From Roseibacillus sp. (GTDB lineage Bacteria; Verrucomicrobiota; Verrucomicrobiia; Verrucomicrobiales; Akkermansiaceae), in assembly GCA_965242925.1 (NCBI GenBank), contig CBDEUM010000029.1, forward strand, positions 352,001-416,000: a stretch of DNA of 64,000 nucleotides, read 5' to 3'. A model generated the notes under the pieces. That model searched no databases and was not told the DNA's origin. It was given only the letters and a program-made list of their open reading frames with translations. The translations under genes were made by a program, and so were the position numbers. Positions 18,505 to 28,974 of the stretch are shown in pieces (position 1 is the first letter of the stretch; every line of letters begins with the position of its first letter).

Positions 18505-19773
18505 ATGGCAGACCATCTGGATGCGTCTCAGACTGATTGGCACGGATACTCCTGTCCGGGGTGTCACACGCTTTTTCGTGTGAAGGGCGCGTGGCGCGGA
18601 AGGCAGGTGGAGTGTCCCAATTGTGCGGAGGTGGCACGTATCCCGGCACCGGGCCTGGGTGGGCGGGCCGCCATTCCTCCCCCCGGCGCATCCGGCCTGA
18701 GGCAGGTTCGAGTTACAGGTACGGATGCCGTGAATGAAGAAGAGACCGCAATGAAGGGGTTCCGCATGCCCGGAGAAACGGTGGAGGGGAAGGAGGCTTC
18801 CGCCGAAGGGGGGCGCATTCGGCGCAAGGTGGTCAAGGCGGTGGACGGATCTGAAGAATTCGACTGGGAGTCGGAAGACAAGGGCGGGCGCTCTTCCGGC
18901 GCGGAGCCCCCGGGTTCCTTGCGTCCGATTCTGTTTGGTGGGCTGGCGGTTCTGATCCTGATGGTGGGAGTGGTGGCTTCCATTGCGATTAATCAGGAAC
19001 TGATCGGCAAGGGCCGGACCATGGAGGAGGACGTGAGACGGGAGGCCTTGGGGTTCCCCGTGCGCAAGGGACTGGTCGGGTCTGCTCTGGACATCCAGAA
19101 TACGGACCTGAAAGCGGAGCTGGCTGACGTCGTGATGATCGTGGAAAAGTTCCTGGGTGCCGGGACCGTGGAAGAAGTTCTCGCGGCTACCCGCCGGGAT
19201 CCGGGGCTGGAGCAGAAGATCAGGGACTATTACCGCACGCGCCGTTTGACTCCTGTCGTGCCGAAGGCGATAGCCCCGGAGGGTCGGATGCTGAAGAGCC
19301 AGGGGCTCTGGGCGGTTGATGTCCTGTTGCCCGATCACAGTGTCAAACCGATCGCAGCCGAGCGTGTGAATGATGGCTATGTCATCGATTGGGAGAGCTG
19401 GGTGGGTTATTCCGAGGTGCCGTGGGAAGAGGTGGGGAAGGTTCGGCCGACGAAGTCCGTCCTCTTCCGGGTGCTCTGCGCGCCAATCAATTACTACAAC
19501 TTTGGGTTCACGGATGATAGCAAGTGGCGCTCGTATCGACTGCAGTCACCGGACCGCAAACACACGCTATACGGCTACGTCAAACGGCTCTCCATCCAGG
19601 AAAGCATGTTGACCTGGTATGATACGAAGCCAGGTCAATCGCGCGCCTACATCCTGCGGATCCGTTTTACAGATAAATCAGGTCCGGATCAGGTCATTAT
19701 CGAAGAGGTCGTTGAATCCGGCTGGGTGAGGGCAGGTTTCAGTGAGCCCGCCCGGGTTCCGGTCGAGCAATGA
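18505..19773 (+). CDS. Hypothetical membrane protein with N-terminal zinc ribbon
   Basis: CPGC...CPNC, single TM helix, C-terminal domain with IDWESWVGY; same strand 34 nt after the PBP gene. Confidence 0.7.
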   Translation: MADHLDASQTDWHGYSCPGCHTLFRVKGAWRGRQVECPNCAEVARIPAPGLGGRAAIPPPGASGLRQVRVTGTDAVNEEETAMKGFRMPGETVEGKEASAEGGRIRRKVVKAVDGSEEFDWESEDKGGRSSGAEPPGSLRPILFGGLAVLILMVGVVASIAINQELIGKGRTMEEDVRREALGFPVRKGLVGSALDIQNTDLKAELADVVMIVEKFLGAGTVEEVLAATRRDPGLEQKIRDYYRTRRLTPVVPKAIAPEGRMLKSQGLWAVDVLLPDHSVKPIAAERVNDGYVIDWESWVGYSEVPWEEVGKVRPTKSVLFRVLCAPINYYNFGFTDDSKWRSYRLQSPDRKHTLYGYVKRLSIQESMLTWYDTKPGQSRAYILRIRFTDKSGPDQVIIEEVVESGWVRAGFSEPARVPVEQ

Positions 19774-19827
19774 CTTCCCCGTGCCTCGTATCCTCGTTAT
19801 TCAAATCACAAGTCCCGTTGTCATCCC

Positions 19828-21114
19828 ATGGAATTTCTTGACCTTGCCGCCATCCTGCTCGTTCTCGCCGCAGTCTTCGGGTATCTCAACCTGAAGTTTC
19901 TCAAGCTACCCACCACGATCGGGATCATGCTGATCGGACTGCTCTCAAGCATGGTCCTTCTGATGCTGCGGGATGCCCTCCCCCTGATTCCGGAGGCTGC
20001 AGACCGGTTTGTGGAATCGATCGATTTCAACAAGACCCTGATGGAGGGAATGCTGAGTTTCCTGCTCTTCGCAGGAGCCCTCCACGTTAATCTCGGTAAC
20101 CTGCTGGATCAGAAGAGGCTGATTGCCATCATGGCCAGCTTCGGAGTGGTGTTCTCGACCTTCGTGATCGGAGGAGCGACCTGGCTGCTTTTTCCGCTTT
20201 TCGGCTTCGAAGTTCCCTTCCTGTGGTGTCTCGTTTTCGGGGCGCTCATTTCACCGACCGATCCGGTGGCGGTTCTGAGCATCCTCAAAACCGCGGGGGC
20301 TCCAAAGTCTCTCGAGACCAAAATCACGGGGGAATCGCTCTTCAACGACGGGGTGGGGGTGGTGGTCTATCTCGCGGTGCTCGGAATGGCCCTGGGGGGA
20401 CACGGGGATCATGGAATGACCGGGGCAGGTGATGTGGCCAAGCTTTTCCTCGTGGAGGCGGGGGGCGGCATGCTGTGGGGATTTGCGATCGGACTCGCGG
20501 CCTACTTCATGCTCCGTTCGATCGACAATTACCAGATCGAGGTGCTTATCACCCTGGCCCTGGTAACGGCGGGTTATCGCCTGGCCTCCCATTGGCACCT
20601 CAGTGGCCCGCTGGCGATGGTGGTGGCTGGCCTGATGATAGGCAATCAGGGCAGGAGCTTCGCGATGAGCGAGAAAACCCGCGAGCACCTGGACACTTTC
20701 TGGGAACTGGTGGATGAGATTCTCAATGCGGTTCTCTTTCTCCTTATCGGTCTCGAACTTTTAGTTCTCAATCTCTCCGGACGGGCCATCGCGGTGGGCG
20801 CGATCCTGATCGTGGTGGTGCTGGCAGCCCGCTTTGCGGCCACCTCCATCCCGGTGATGCTGTTGAAGAGCAGGCGGGAGTTCTCGCCCGGGGTGGTCCG
20901 TATCCTCACCTGGGGAGGACTGCGGGGCGGGATCTCGGTGGCTCTGGCCCTTGGCATTCCGAAGGATTTTGAGTACCGGCAGGAGTTCCTGGTGGCCACC
21001 TATGTAGTGGTGGTCTTCTCCATCGTGGTGCAGGGTCTCACTTTGAAGCCGCTGGTGGCCCGGGTGGTGAGGGCAGGAGACGAGGAGGAGGAACCGACCA
21101 CCTCGTCAGCATGA
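19828..21114 (+). CDS. CPA1/NhaP-type Na+/H+ antiporter
   Basis: Polytopic; ISPTDPVAV, GESLFNDGVGVV, WGGLRGGISVALAL. Confidence 0.93.
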   Translation: MEFLDLAAILLVLAAVFGYLNLKFLKLPTTIGIMLIGLLSSMVLLMLRDALPLIPEAADRFVESIDFNKTLMEGMLSFLLFAGALHVNLGNLLDQKRLIAIMASFGVVFSTFVIGGATWLLFPLFGFEVPFLWCLVFGALISPTDPVAVLSILKTAGAPKSLETKITGESLFNDGVGVVVYLAVLGMALGGHGDHGMTGAGDVAKLFLVEAGGGMLWGFAIGLAAYFMLRSIDNYQIEVLITLALVTAGYRLASHWHLSGPLAMVVAGLMIGNQGRSFAMSEKTREHLDTFWELVDEILNAVLFLLIGLELLVLNLSGRAIAVGAILIVVVLAARFAATSIPVMLLKSRREFSPGVVRILTWGGLRGGISVALALGIPKDFEYRQEFLVATYVVVVFSIVVQGLTLKPLVARVVRAGDEEEEPTTSSA

Positions 21115-21234
21115 GGAGATCGAGGCGTTTCCGGCAGCTCCGTGGTCGAAAGTGCTGACCGGTGCGGAGATCGATCATTCCCGGCGCGCCCCTCCCCGGG
21201 TGAGAGAGAAGAAAGGCCGGGTGGTGTTCCAAGG

Positions 21235-23316
21235 CTAGGCAAGCAATGGGGCGATCACGAGGCTCACGATGGCCATCACGTTGATCATGATGTTCATGGA
21301 GGGCCCCGAGGTGTCCTTGAGGGGGTCGCCCACGGTATCACCAACTACACAACTCTTGTGGATTTCGCCACCCTTGCCCCCGAAATGTCCGTCTTCCACA
21401 TACTTCTTGGCATTGTCCCAGGCACCACCCGCATTGGACATCATGAGGGCGAGGAGCATGCAGCCGATAAGGGCGCCGCAGAGCGTGCCGGCCAGGGCGA
21501 TGGAACCGTTGCTGCCGAAGCCGAAACCGACCAGGACAGGCGTTCCCACCGCGAGGAGGGCGGGCAGAATCATCCGTTTGGTGGCGGCCCTGGTGGCGAT
21601 GTCCACACAGCGGTCGGAGTCAGGTTCGGCGGTTCCGTCAAGGAGGCCCGGAATTTCACGGAACTGGCGCCGGATTTCCGAAATCATTTCAAAGGCGGCC
21701 CGACCCACCGCATCCATGGTGATGGCCCCATTGAGAAACGGAACCACGCCCCCGATGAAGACTCCAACGAAGAAGGTGCGCAGGATAGCCGGGTCACTCA
21801 GGTTGAGATCGACACCGGTTTTCTGGATGAAGGCGGTGGTGAGGGCGAGGGCGGAGAGCCCGGCCGCCCCGATGGCGAAGCCCTTACCGATGGCAGCGGT
21901 GGTGTTGCCCACCGCGTCGAGACCGTCGGTGATCTTGCGGGTTTCCTCACCCATGGCTGCCATCTCGGCAATTCCGCCGGCGTTGTCGGCAACCGGTCCG
22001 TAGGCATCGATGGCCATGGTGATCCCCACCGTGCCAAGCATTCCAACCGCTGCGATCCCCACGCCGTAGAGTCCGGCGAATTCAAAGGAGATGAAAATGA
22101 TGGCTGCGATGGTGAGGAGGGGAACGGCCACCGATTTCAGGCCGACCGAGAGCCCGGCAATCATGAGGGTAGCCACCCCGGTCTCCCCCTGACGGGCGAT
22201 CTCCTTGACTGGCGCGCCCCCGGTGTAGTGTTCGGTGATGAGACCGATCACGATCCCACCCACGGCTCCGCAGAGGATGCAGAGTCCGACCGCCGGGTTG
22301 AATCCAAGGAGTTTGCCAATCCCAAAGGAGGCACCGATGAAGATGACGGCCGCTCCAATTGTGCCGAAGCGCAGGGCTTCCGCGGGATTCTTGCCGGCCA
22401 TCAGCCTAACGATGAGAATGCCGAGAATGGAGCAGGCCAGACCGATGGAGGTGAGGAGGAGAGGGAGTTGCATGAGTTCCAGCATGCCCTCCCTGCCCGG
22501 CGAGGCACCGATCCTGTCCATGAGTTCGGTGGCTTGCGCGTCCATCGAACTGGCAGCGCGGGCACCCATCGCCGCAGCGATGGCCACGGTGGCGATCTGG
22601 GCGTTGCAGTAGGATTCGAAGATATCCGATCCCATCCCGGCCACATCACCCACGTTGTCGCCCACGTTGTCAGCGATCACGCCCGGGTTGCGCGGGTCGT
22701 CCTCGGGAATACCTGCTTCGACTTTTCCGACGAGGTCCGCACCGACATCGGCGGCCTTGGTGAAGATGCCACCACCGACCCGGTAGAACAGAGCCACCAG
22801 AGACGCCCCCATGGCAAATCCTTCCATGATCTCGGCGACATGATCTACATGAGAATCCTTGCTGAAATACCAGAAGAGTCCGCCGAGCCCGATCAATCCC
22901 ATGGAAGCCACGGTGAGTCCCATCACCGAGCCGCCGAAGAACGCGATTGAGAGGGCCTGGGCCGGACCCTCGTTCTTGGCGGCCAGGGTGGTGCGCACGT
23001 TGGCCTTGGTGGCGGTATACATTCCGATGAATCCGGCCAGGGAGGAGGCAAGGGCCCCAAAGAAGAAGGCAAGGGACTGCTGTCTGCCGTAATCCGGCTG
23101 GAAAAGGAAGAGGGCTCCCCCGATGACGAGGGAGAAGATGGAGATGAGGAGGAATTCCCTCCTCATGAAGACCATGGCTCCACGGTGAATCTTCTCGGCG
23201 ATTTCGGCGATTTTCCCCTCTCCTCCGGGACGCTTGACGATGCGGCTCAGCAGGATAAAGGCGGTAATCAACCCCACGATTCCGGCTGCGGGGGTAAGGA
23301 TCGGGTCGACTTGCAT
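21235..23316 (-). CDS. hppA: Membrane-bound pyrophosphatase, probably K+-dependent Na+-translocating
   Basis: [58 protein letters not shown]. Confidence 0.95.
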   Translation of the reverse strand: MQVDPILTPAAGIVGLITAFILLSRIVKRPGGEGKIAEIAEKIHRGAMVFMRREFLLISIFSLVIGGALFLFQPDYGRQQSLAFFFGALASSLAGFIGMYTATKANVRTTLAAKNEGPAQALSIAFFGGSVMGLTVASMGLIGLGGLFWYFSKDSHVDHVAEIMEGFAMGASLVALFYRVGGGIFTKAADVGADLVGKVEAGIPEDDPRNPGVIADNVGDNVGDVAGMGSDIFESYCNAQIATVAIAAAMGARAASSMDAQATELMDRIGASPGREGMLELMQLPLLLTSIGLACSILGILIVRLMAGKNPAEALRFGTIGAAVIFIGASFGIGKLLGFNPAVGLCILCGAVGGIVIGLITEHYTGGAPVKEIARQGETGVATLMIAGLSVGLKSVAVPLLTIAAIIFISFEFAGLYGVGIAAVGMLGTVGITMAIDAYGPVADNAGGIAEMAAMGEETRKITDGLDAVGNTTAAIGKGFAIGAAGLSALALTTAFIQKTGVDLNLSDPAILRTFFVGVFIGGVVPFLNGAITMDAVGRAAFEMISEIRRQFREIPGLLDGTAEPDSDRCVDIATRAATKRMILPALLAVGTPVLVGFGFGSNGSIALAGTLCGALIGCMLLALMMSNAGGAWDNAKKYVEDGHFGGKGGEIHKSCVVGDTVGDPLKDTSGPSMNIMINVMAIVSLVIAPLLA

Positions 23317-23537
23317 TGGGGAGGGTGCAGGTGGAGAGTGAATCAGCCTGTATTAACGAGTCAGGGTTGCCTCGGCGGGCGTGGAGGTCTAATAGGCGGC
23401 GCCCGATCTGGCAACAAAAATGGGGAGGTTGAGTTACTCAAGGGAGGTGAGCCATCGGAATCTTCCCCGGATTGTCCTCGAATTCCGTGGGTGCTGATTG
23501 TTCTGGAAAGGGGCTGGGGCCGGATCGGGATCGTTTT

Positions 23538-25991
23538 TCAGTTCCTGACGGAATCCCAATCGGGGAACTCCCGGTGCAGTTGCTTCCGTATCCTGGCAGC
23601 CTCCTCGGACTGGCCGCTCTTCTCGAAGGCTTCAGCGGCGCGGAAGAGGCCCAGCGGTTTGATCTCGCGGTCGTCAACGAACATCCTGGAAGCCTTGAGG
23701 TAGTTGGCAGCGGCCGATTCGTAATCCATGCGGTGCGTGGCAATGTCCGCGAGGGCCATGTAGAGGCCGGCTTGGACGGTGCCGTAGGGTTCAAGATCGA
23801 GGCCTTCCTGGGCGGCTGTCCGGGCCTCTTCCCACTTATTGAGTCCAATCAGGGCATGGCTCTGGTCCAGATAGGAATCGGCTTTCCAGAAGTCTTCCTG
23901 TTTCCGGGTGAGAAGGAGGGCGAGGGCTTCGGAGGCGGCCTCGAATTTCCGGGATTCGAGGCGGGCCTTGGCGAGGTGGCGCCAGACGAGGGTATCGGTC
24001 TGCTCCGGGTCGTCCGGTGTGCTGGCCAGGCCGAGAAAGCGGTCGGCACCCTCGTAGTCGCCCTTGGAGAAGCGCTCCAAGCCGAGCCAGATGAGCATGC
24101 GGGTGGGGAGTTGCTGGTGGGGGGCATCGGCCAGGAGGTGCGCTACACCGTCCTGGAGCTTGTCGGAATCCAGAAGGGAGTAGGCGGCCAGCACGATATT
24201 CACCCCTGCCGGTTCGCGGTAACTTTGGGGGAGGAGGTCACGGGCCGCTTCGAAATGGGGGATGGCCCTGGCCCATTCTTCCTGTTTGTAGCAGCCCCAT
24301 CCCATCCAGTAGTGCGCATCGGCCCTGATCTTGTCGTCGAGATCGCCGTCGGGGATGGTCAGGAGTTTCTGGTAGCTGGCGATCATCTCGGGCCAGCGCT
24401 GCTCGTCCCGGTGGATCCGCCCGCAGTACTGCTGGGCGAAGGAGGCGAGGTTGACCTCGGGCTGGCGCTCTAGAAGGCGTTCAAAGTCCTTGAGGGCCGA
24501 TTTCCGGTCTCCGATCTTGAGGTAGGCGTGGCCCCGTTTGGCAAGCGCCTCGCTCACGCGCGGGTGATCGGGGAAGGTGGCCAGGAAACTGGAGAGATTC
24601 TGGGCGGCCCGTCCGTATTCCCCGGTATCCGCAAGGCACCAGCCGCGTTTGAAGTAGATGTCGGCCCGCATTTCCACCGGCAGGGCAGAGGGATTGACTT
24701 CATTGTAGGCGGCCGCGGCCTGGGTGAGCGCGGCCTGGTGGAAGAGGGTCTCCGCCTTCATGAGGAGGGCCTTGTGCAACCATGGACTACCCAGGTTCTC
24801 CTCGCCGTAGACTTTGACAAAGGCATCCACCTGGGTCGGGATGTTCGCGCCGTTGATCTGATAGAAGCTGCTCAGCCGCCGGTAGCTCGCCTCGAAGCCC
24901 AGCTTCTTGAGGGGTTTCGGTTTCACGCTGATGGCAAGGCGTTCGGAATTGAAGAACTGCCCGATGGCTTCCTTGTGGCGGTCCAGTTTGGCGAGGGCCC
25001 GGCCGGAGACCAGGTAGATGCGGGCGAGGACGTTCCGTTCCCCCAGGTGTTCTCCGGCGCGAAAGGCCTGAATGGTTTTCTCATGGTCCTCCTCCGCAAA
25101 GCGCATTTCCATCAGGGCGAGCTGCGCACGCGCCTTGTACTTGGGGTCCATTCTGATCGAGTCGAGGGTCCGGTTGAGGAAATCCTCAGCCTTGTCCTGC
25201 TGTCCGAGTCTGGCGGCTGAGACCCCGGCGGCGAGGAGCGCCTGGGCCCGTTCCTGGGGCGCGACTGCGGGAGTGAGAAGCAGTTCGAAGTGTTTGAGCG
25301 CTTCCTCATGCTTGCCCTGCCGGGCGTAGAGTTCTCCCATCGCGAGGCGGGCATAATCGCGGTAGGGGTTGGCATTGTCCCCGACGATATCTCCCAGGCG
25401 TTTGATGGCCTGTTCGGCCCGGCCCGCCATTTGCAGACAGCGGGATTCGTAGAAGATGGCCTTGTGAGCCAGTTCCTTGTCGATGGCCTCCTTGCCGGCG
25501 ATGGTGAAGTAGGGGACAGCCTGCACCCATTCCTGTCGGTTGTAGAGCTGGGCGGCCTGCCGGTAGGCAGAGAGAGCCACCCATTTTCCATTCTTGTAGC
25601 GGCTGATGATGGCGGTGAAGGTGCGCTCCGCAGCCTCTCGGTTCCCGGTCAGGAGGAGCGCCATGCCAAGTTGATAGCTGGCCTGTTGCGCGAGATCCCC
25701 CCCGGGACCGGTGGCAAGATATTCGCGGAAGAGGGGAATGGACATCTGGTAGGCCCGCCGCTTGTCGTCGATGCCCCGGCTGTCGTTGCCGTAGTCGTAG
25801 TAGCGCTTGGCGCGATGGTAGAGTTCCGAGCTGCTGCCGAAGGGTTTTATGAGCCCCGGAGCCTGCCCGGAGGCAGTCCCGATGCCGGTCATCAATGCCA
25901 GGGCCGCCAGCAGCGGCCACTTAGCAGCATGGTTCAAAACTTGCACAGCGAAGCTGAGGGGATTCTTGCCATGGCGGCCGGGAATGTTCAA
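23538..25991 (-). CDS. Exported tetratricopeptide repeat protein (start uncertain)
   Basis: Signal-like segment WPLLAALALMTGIGTASG; TPR-like helix pairs throughout. Confidence 0.8.
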   Translation of the reverse strand: MNIPGRHGKNPLSFAVQVLNHAAKWPLLAALALMTGIGTASGQAPGLIKPFGSSSELYHRAKRYYDYGNDSRGIDDKRRAYQMSIPLFREYLATGPGGDLAQQASYQLGMALLLTGNREAAERTFTAIISRYKNGKWVALSAYRQAAQLYNRQEWVQAVPYFTIAGKEAIDKELAHKAIFYESRCLQMAGRAEQAIKRLGDIVGDNANPYRDYARLAMGELYARQGKHEEALKHFELLLTPAVAPQERAQALLAAGVSAARLGQQDKAEDFLNRTLDSIRMDPKYKARAQLALMEMRFAEEDHEKTIQAFRAGEHLGERNVLARIYLVSGRALAKLDRHKEAIGQFFNSERLAISVKPKPLKKLGFEASYRRLSSFYQINGANIPTQVDAFVKVYGEENLGSPWLHKALLMKAETLFHQAALTQAAAAYNEVNPSALPVEMRADIYFKRGWCLADTGEYGRAAQNLSSFLATFPDHPRVSEALAKRGHAYLKIGDRKSALKDFERLLERQPEVNLASFAQQYCGRIHRDEQRWPEMIASYQKLLTIPDGDLDDKIRADAHYWMGWGCYKQEEWARAIPHFEAARDLLPQSYREPAGVNIVLAAYSLLDSDKLQDGVAHLLADAPHQQLPTRMLIWLGLERFSKGDYEGADRFLGLASTPDDPEQTDTLVWRHLAKARLESRKFEAASEALALLLTRKQEDFWKADSYLDQSHALIGLNKWEEARTAAQEGLDLEPYGTVQAGLYMALADIATHRMDYESAAANYLKASRMFVDDREIKPLGLFRAAEAFEKSGQSEEAARIRKQLHREFPDWDSVRN

Positions 25992-28447
25992 TCACGGGAA
26001 GGAGGCTTAGTGGCGTTCCTGAGCTCCTGAAGGCGCTCCCGGTAGCGCTTGGCAGCCCGGCGGGATCCCTCGGTGTCCCTGAAATCGAGAGCACGGATGG
26101 CTCCTTGGAGTGCCTTTTCGGCAATGATCGGATCCTTGCTGTAGAGTTCGACCACGGGCACGTAGGATTGAGCCGCGGTGTGGGGGTCGCCCTGCGCCAT
26201 TGCGATATCGCCCAGCTGGAGTCGCGCCCTGGAATTGAGGCTACCCTGAGGCTTCAGAGAGAGGCAGTCCTCGGTATCCTTGTGGGCCCGCTCAGTGTCC
26301 TTGAGGGCCAGATGGGCCCGTCCCAGGAAGAAATGGGTTTCCGCCCTGCGGTACTGGTTGTCCTCAACCTGGAGGACGATCTCCAGTGGGCGGAGGGCCG
26401 CCTCGTAGGCGCCCGCCTCAAGAGCACTGCGGCCGGCGGCACGCCAGATCAACACTTTTGTTTCGGTGGGCTTGTCGGGAGTAATGGCGTGGCTCAGGTA
26501 GGTCCAGGCATCGGCGTAGAGCTCGTCCTTGTAGTAGGCATTGCCCAGCCAGGCGAAGACGGGACGGGGGACCTTCTCGTCCCGGTAGGTTTCCAGGAGG
26601 GTATCCAGCTCCTTTCGCAGTTCCTCCCGTTGCTGAAGGTGGTAATGGGCGAGGGCAAGGTGCAGGGTGGAGGTGCGTCCGAGGGCGCTTGCGTCGGCCG
26701 TGCGGGCCTGCTGGAAGGGGGTAATGCAATCCGCGAACTTGTTCTGTCGGTAGAGGGCCCAGCCGCGCCAGAACTCGGAGGTGGCCTTCTTGGAGGTCTC
26801 GCGTCGGGGAAAGTCGGTGAGGAGCCGGGCATGACAGTCAGCGAATTTATCCAGGTTTTCGAGGCGGACCTTCTCGTCCCCGGTGGTATCGATGACCTCC
26901 TTGTAGAGGATGGCCTTCTGTGCCCAGGCGTATTCTTTCAGGGTGGGCTTACTGGTCTGCCTGATGAGCCGGTCGAATTCGAGGTGAGCCTGGGCGGAGT
27001 TCTTGAGTTCCAGGAAGATCTCGGCCCGGTTCACGATCGCGTTGTTCACCTGCGGATGGTTTGAATGCTTTTCGATGAAGTTGTTGAAGGAGGCGAGAGC
27101 CCTCTGCTGGTCTCCCGCCTTGAGCTGGGCATTGGCCAGGCGGTAGCGCAGTCCGGCATGATTCCCGGTGGCAATGTGCTGGAGATCGATGGCGGCGTAG
27201 GCCCGGGCCGCCAGTTCGTAACGGGTGGACTGGTGGTAGCTCTCGGCCAGCATGAGACGGGCATTATGGATGCGGGCGTCATCGGGGTGCTCCTTCTCAA
27301 ATCTCTTGAGGAACTCCCCGGCCTGCTGGATCAGGTTGCGGCTGCCGGTCTTGTAATCGCGCGAGAGGACCAGATAGCTGGCCTCCAGGGCAGTCATGTT
27401 GTCGGGAGCGATCCTGGCGAGTTCTTTGAAGAGGGTGGTTGCCTGCTCCTCCTGTCCAAGTGCTTCGTAGGACGTGGCTGCAATCTGCAATCGCCGGCTC
27501 AGGGGCTCCTTGTCCAGCGGGTAGTCGCCGCGCTTAAAGTAGTTGATCACGTCCTGGTGCCTGCTGGCGAGGGAGGCTTCGCTCATCAGGGAGAGCTGGG
27601 CTTCCCCCTGCCACTGTTCCAGTCCCGGAGTGATGAGGATCTGCTCGAAATATGTTCGCGCGAAATCCTTCTTGCCGAGTTTACGTGCAATCTGGGCGCA
27701 TTGCAGGATGGCATCGGCCCGGGTGGTGTTGTCCTGGGACTTGGCCAGGTGCATGAAATGCGCGAGGGCCTCCTCTTCCATGTCGGCCTTGGCGTAGTAG
27801 TGGGCCAGGACGCGTTCGGCCTGGATCTTGAAAGGCGATCCTGCATCCGCCAGGATGTCCTTGAGAGCCGCAATGGCCTCCTTTCTCTTTCCCAGTTTCT
27901 CAAAACAGAGAGCCCTGCTGTAAAGCGCCCGGTGGCGGTAATCTGCGTTATCTGTTTCAGCCGCTGCAATCCGGAAGAAGGGTTCGGCCTCGGCGAACCC
28001 CTTTGCCTGATAGTGTTCGAAGGCCAGTTGGTAAGCTGCCGCTCCCACCAACACACCCTTCTCGTGGACGTTGACCACCTCCGCCAGACATTCCCGGAAG
28101 CCCTTCATGTCGCCCACTTTCCGGTGGCAGATGGCCTTGTAGTATCGTGCCTTGATGGCATTAGGGTGGGCCGGAAACCTGGCGTGGAAGCGGTCGAACT
28201 GCCGGATGGCGGCGAGATAGGTCTCCTTCATGCGCTGGGCATCCTTCACTTCGCCAGCTTCCCGGTAGGAGTGGAGGGCCAGTTGAAAAAGATCGTTGGC
28301 GGGGTCCGCCCGCAGCGGCTTGTCTGCGGGGGCAGGGGCACCTTGCTCCGGCGGATTTTCCCCCTGGGTCCACGCGTGGCCTGAAAGCCCGAGCGTGACA
28401 GCCAGCGCCGCCCCCAGCGTCACTGGCAGGTTGTCGTGAATCCCCAT
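25988..28447 (-). CDS. Exported tetratricopeptide repeat protein
   Basis: Signal peptide; TPR-like helix pairs; overall layout parallels the downstream TPR gene. Confidence 0.82.
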   Translation of the reverse strand: MGIHDNLPVTLGAALAVTLGLSGHAWTQGENPPEQGAPAPADKPLRADPANDLFQLALHSYREAGEVKDAQRMKETYLAAIRQFDRFHARFPAHPNAIKARYYKAICHRKVGDMKGFRECLAEVVNVHEKGVLVGAAAYQLAFEHYQAKGFAEAEPFFRIAAAETDNADYRHRALYSRALCFEKLGKRKEAIAALKDILADAGSPFKIQAERVLAHYYAKADMEEEALAHFMHLAKSQDNTTRADAILQCAQIARKLGKKDFARTYFEQILITPGLEQWQGEAQLSLMSEASLASRHQDVINYFKRGDYPLDKEPLSRRLQIAATSYEALGQEEQATTLFKELARIAPDNMTALEASYLVLSRDYKTGSRNLIQQAGEFLKRFEKEHPDDARIHNARLMLAESYHQSTRYELAARAYAAIDLQHIATGNHAGLRYRLANAQLKAGDQQRALASFNNFIEKHSNHPQVNNAIVNRAEIFLELKNSAQAHLEFDRLIRQTSKPTLKEYAWAQKAILYKEVIDTTGDEKVRLENLDKFADCHARLLTDFPRRETSKKATSEFWRGWALYRQNKFADCITPFQQARTADASALGRTSTLHLALAHYHLQQREELRKELDTLLETYRDEKVPRPVFAWLGNAYYKDELYADAWTYLSHAITPDKPTETKVLIWRAAGRSALEAGAYEAALRPLEIVLQVEDNQYRRAETHFFLGRAHLALKDTERAHKDTEDCLSLKPQGSLNSRARLQLGDIAMAQGDPHTAAQSYVPVVELYSKDPIIAEKALQGAIRALDFRDTEGSRRAAKRYRERLQELRNATKPPSRD

Positions 28448-28542
28448 TCCTAGGGTCTAGATTACCCTACAATCGTCAAAGGTCGCGGGAAAAAATGCTG
28501 ATTTTTAAGCACTAAATGCTCCTGAGCGGCCCATCCACAAGG

Positions 28543-28953
28543 TCATTTCGGCTTGCGGGTGGCGAAGGAGATATTCCAGATCCCCGCCTGCTGGCAGATG
28601 TCGATTACTTCCATCAGCGTCTGGTAGGAGATGTCCCCGTCGCCCCGCAGGCGCACCGGTTGGTTCTGGTGGACGTCAACGATAGCGCGCAGTTTGGCAA
28701 GGAGCTGGTTCTCGGTAAGGGTTTCGCCATTGATAACAAGCTCGCCCCCCTGGCGGATGTTCACGTTGATCTCGCTGATGGCACGGGTTTCCTCCTTGCC
28801 CTGGCTTGAGGTGGGAACCTTGACCTTGCTGTCCTGCTCCGAGCGCGAGAATTGCCAGGTGACCAGGAAGAAGATCAGGAGGAGGAAGACGATGTCGATC
28901 ATGGGCGCCAGCTGAATGACGCTTTCGGGAGGCTTCGGGGACTTGAATTTCAT
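28543..28953 (-). CDS. exbD: ExbD/TolR family biopolymer transporter
   Basis: LAPMIDIVFLLLIFFLVT with the conserved TM Asp; VRLRGD. Confidence 0.92.
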   Translation of the reverse strand: MKFKSPKPPESVIQLAPMIDIVFLLLIFFLVTWQFSRSEQDSKVKVPTSSQGKEETRAISEINVNIRQGGELVINGETLTENQLLAKLRAIVDVHQNQPVRLRGDGDISYQTLMEVIDICQQAGIWNISFATRKPK

Positions 28954-28974
28954 CCTGCGTCGCTCCTTTCGTGA

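Noticed and set aside
21142..22950. Long antisense ORFs (602 aa here; also 4555..6342, 15951..17375, 59687..61054)
   Set aside because: They overlap well-supported genes on the other strand, as expected in GC-rich DNA, and show no recognisable motifs
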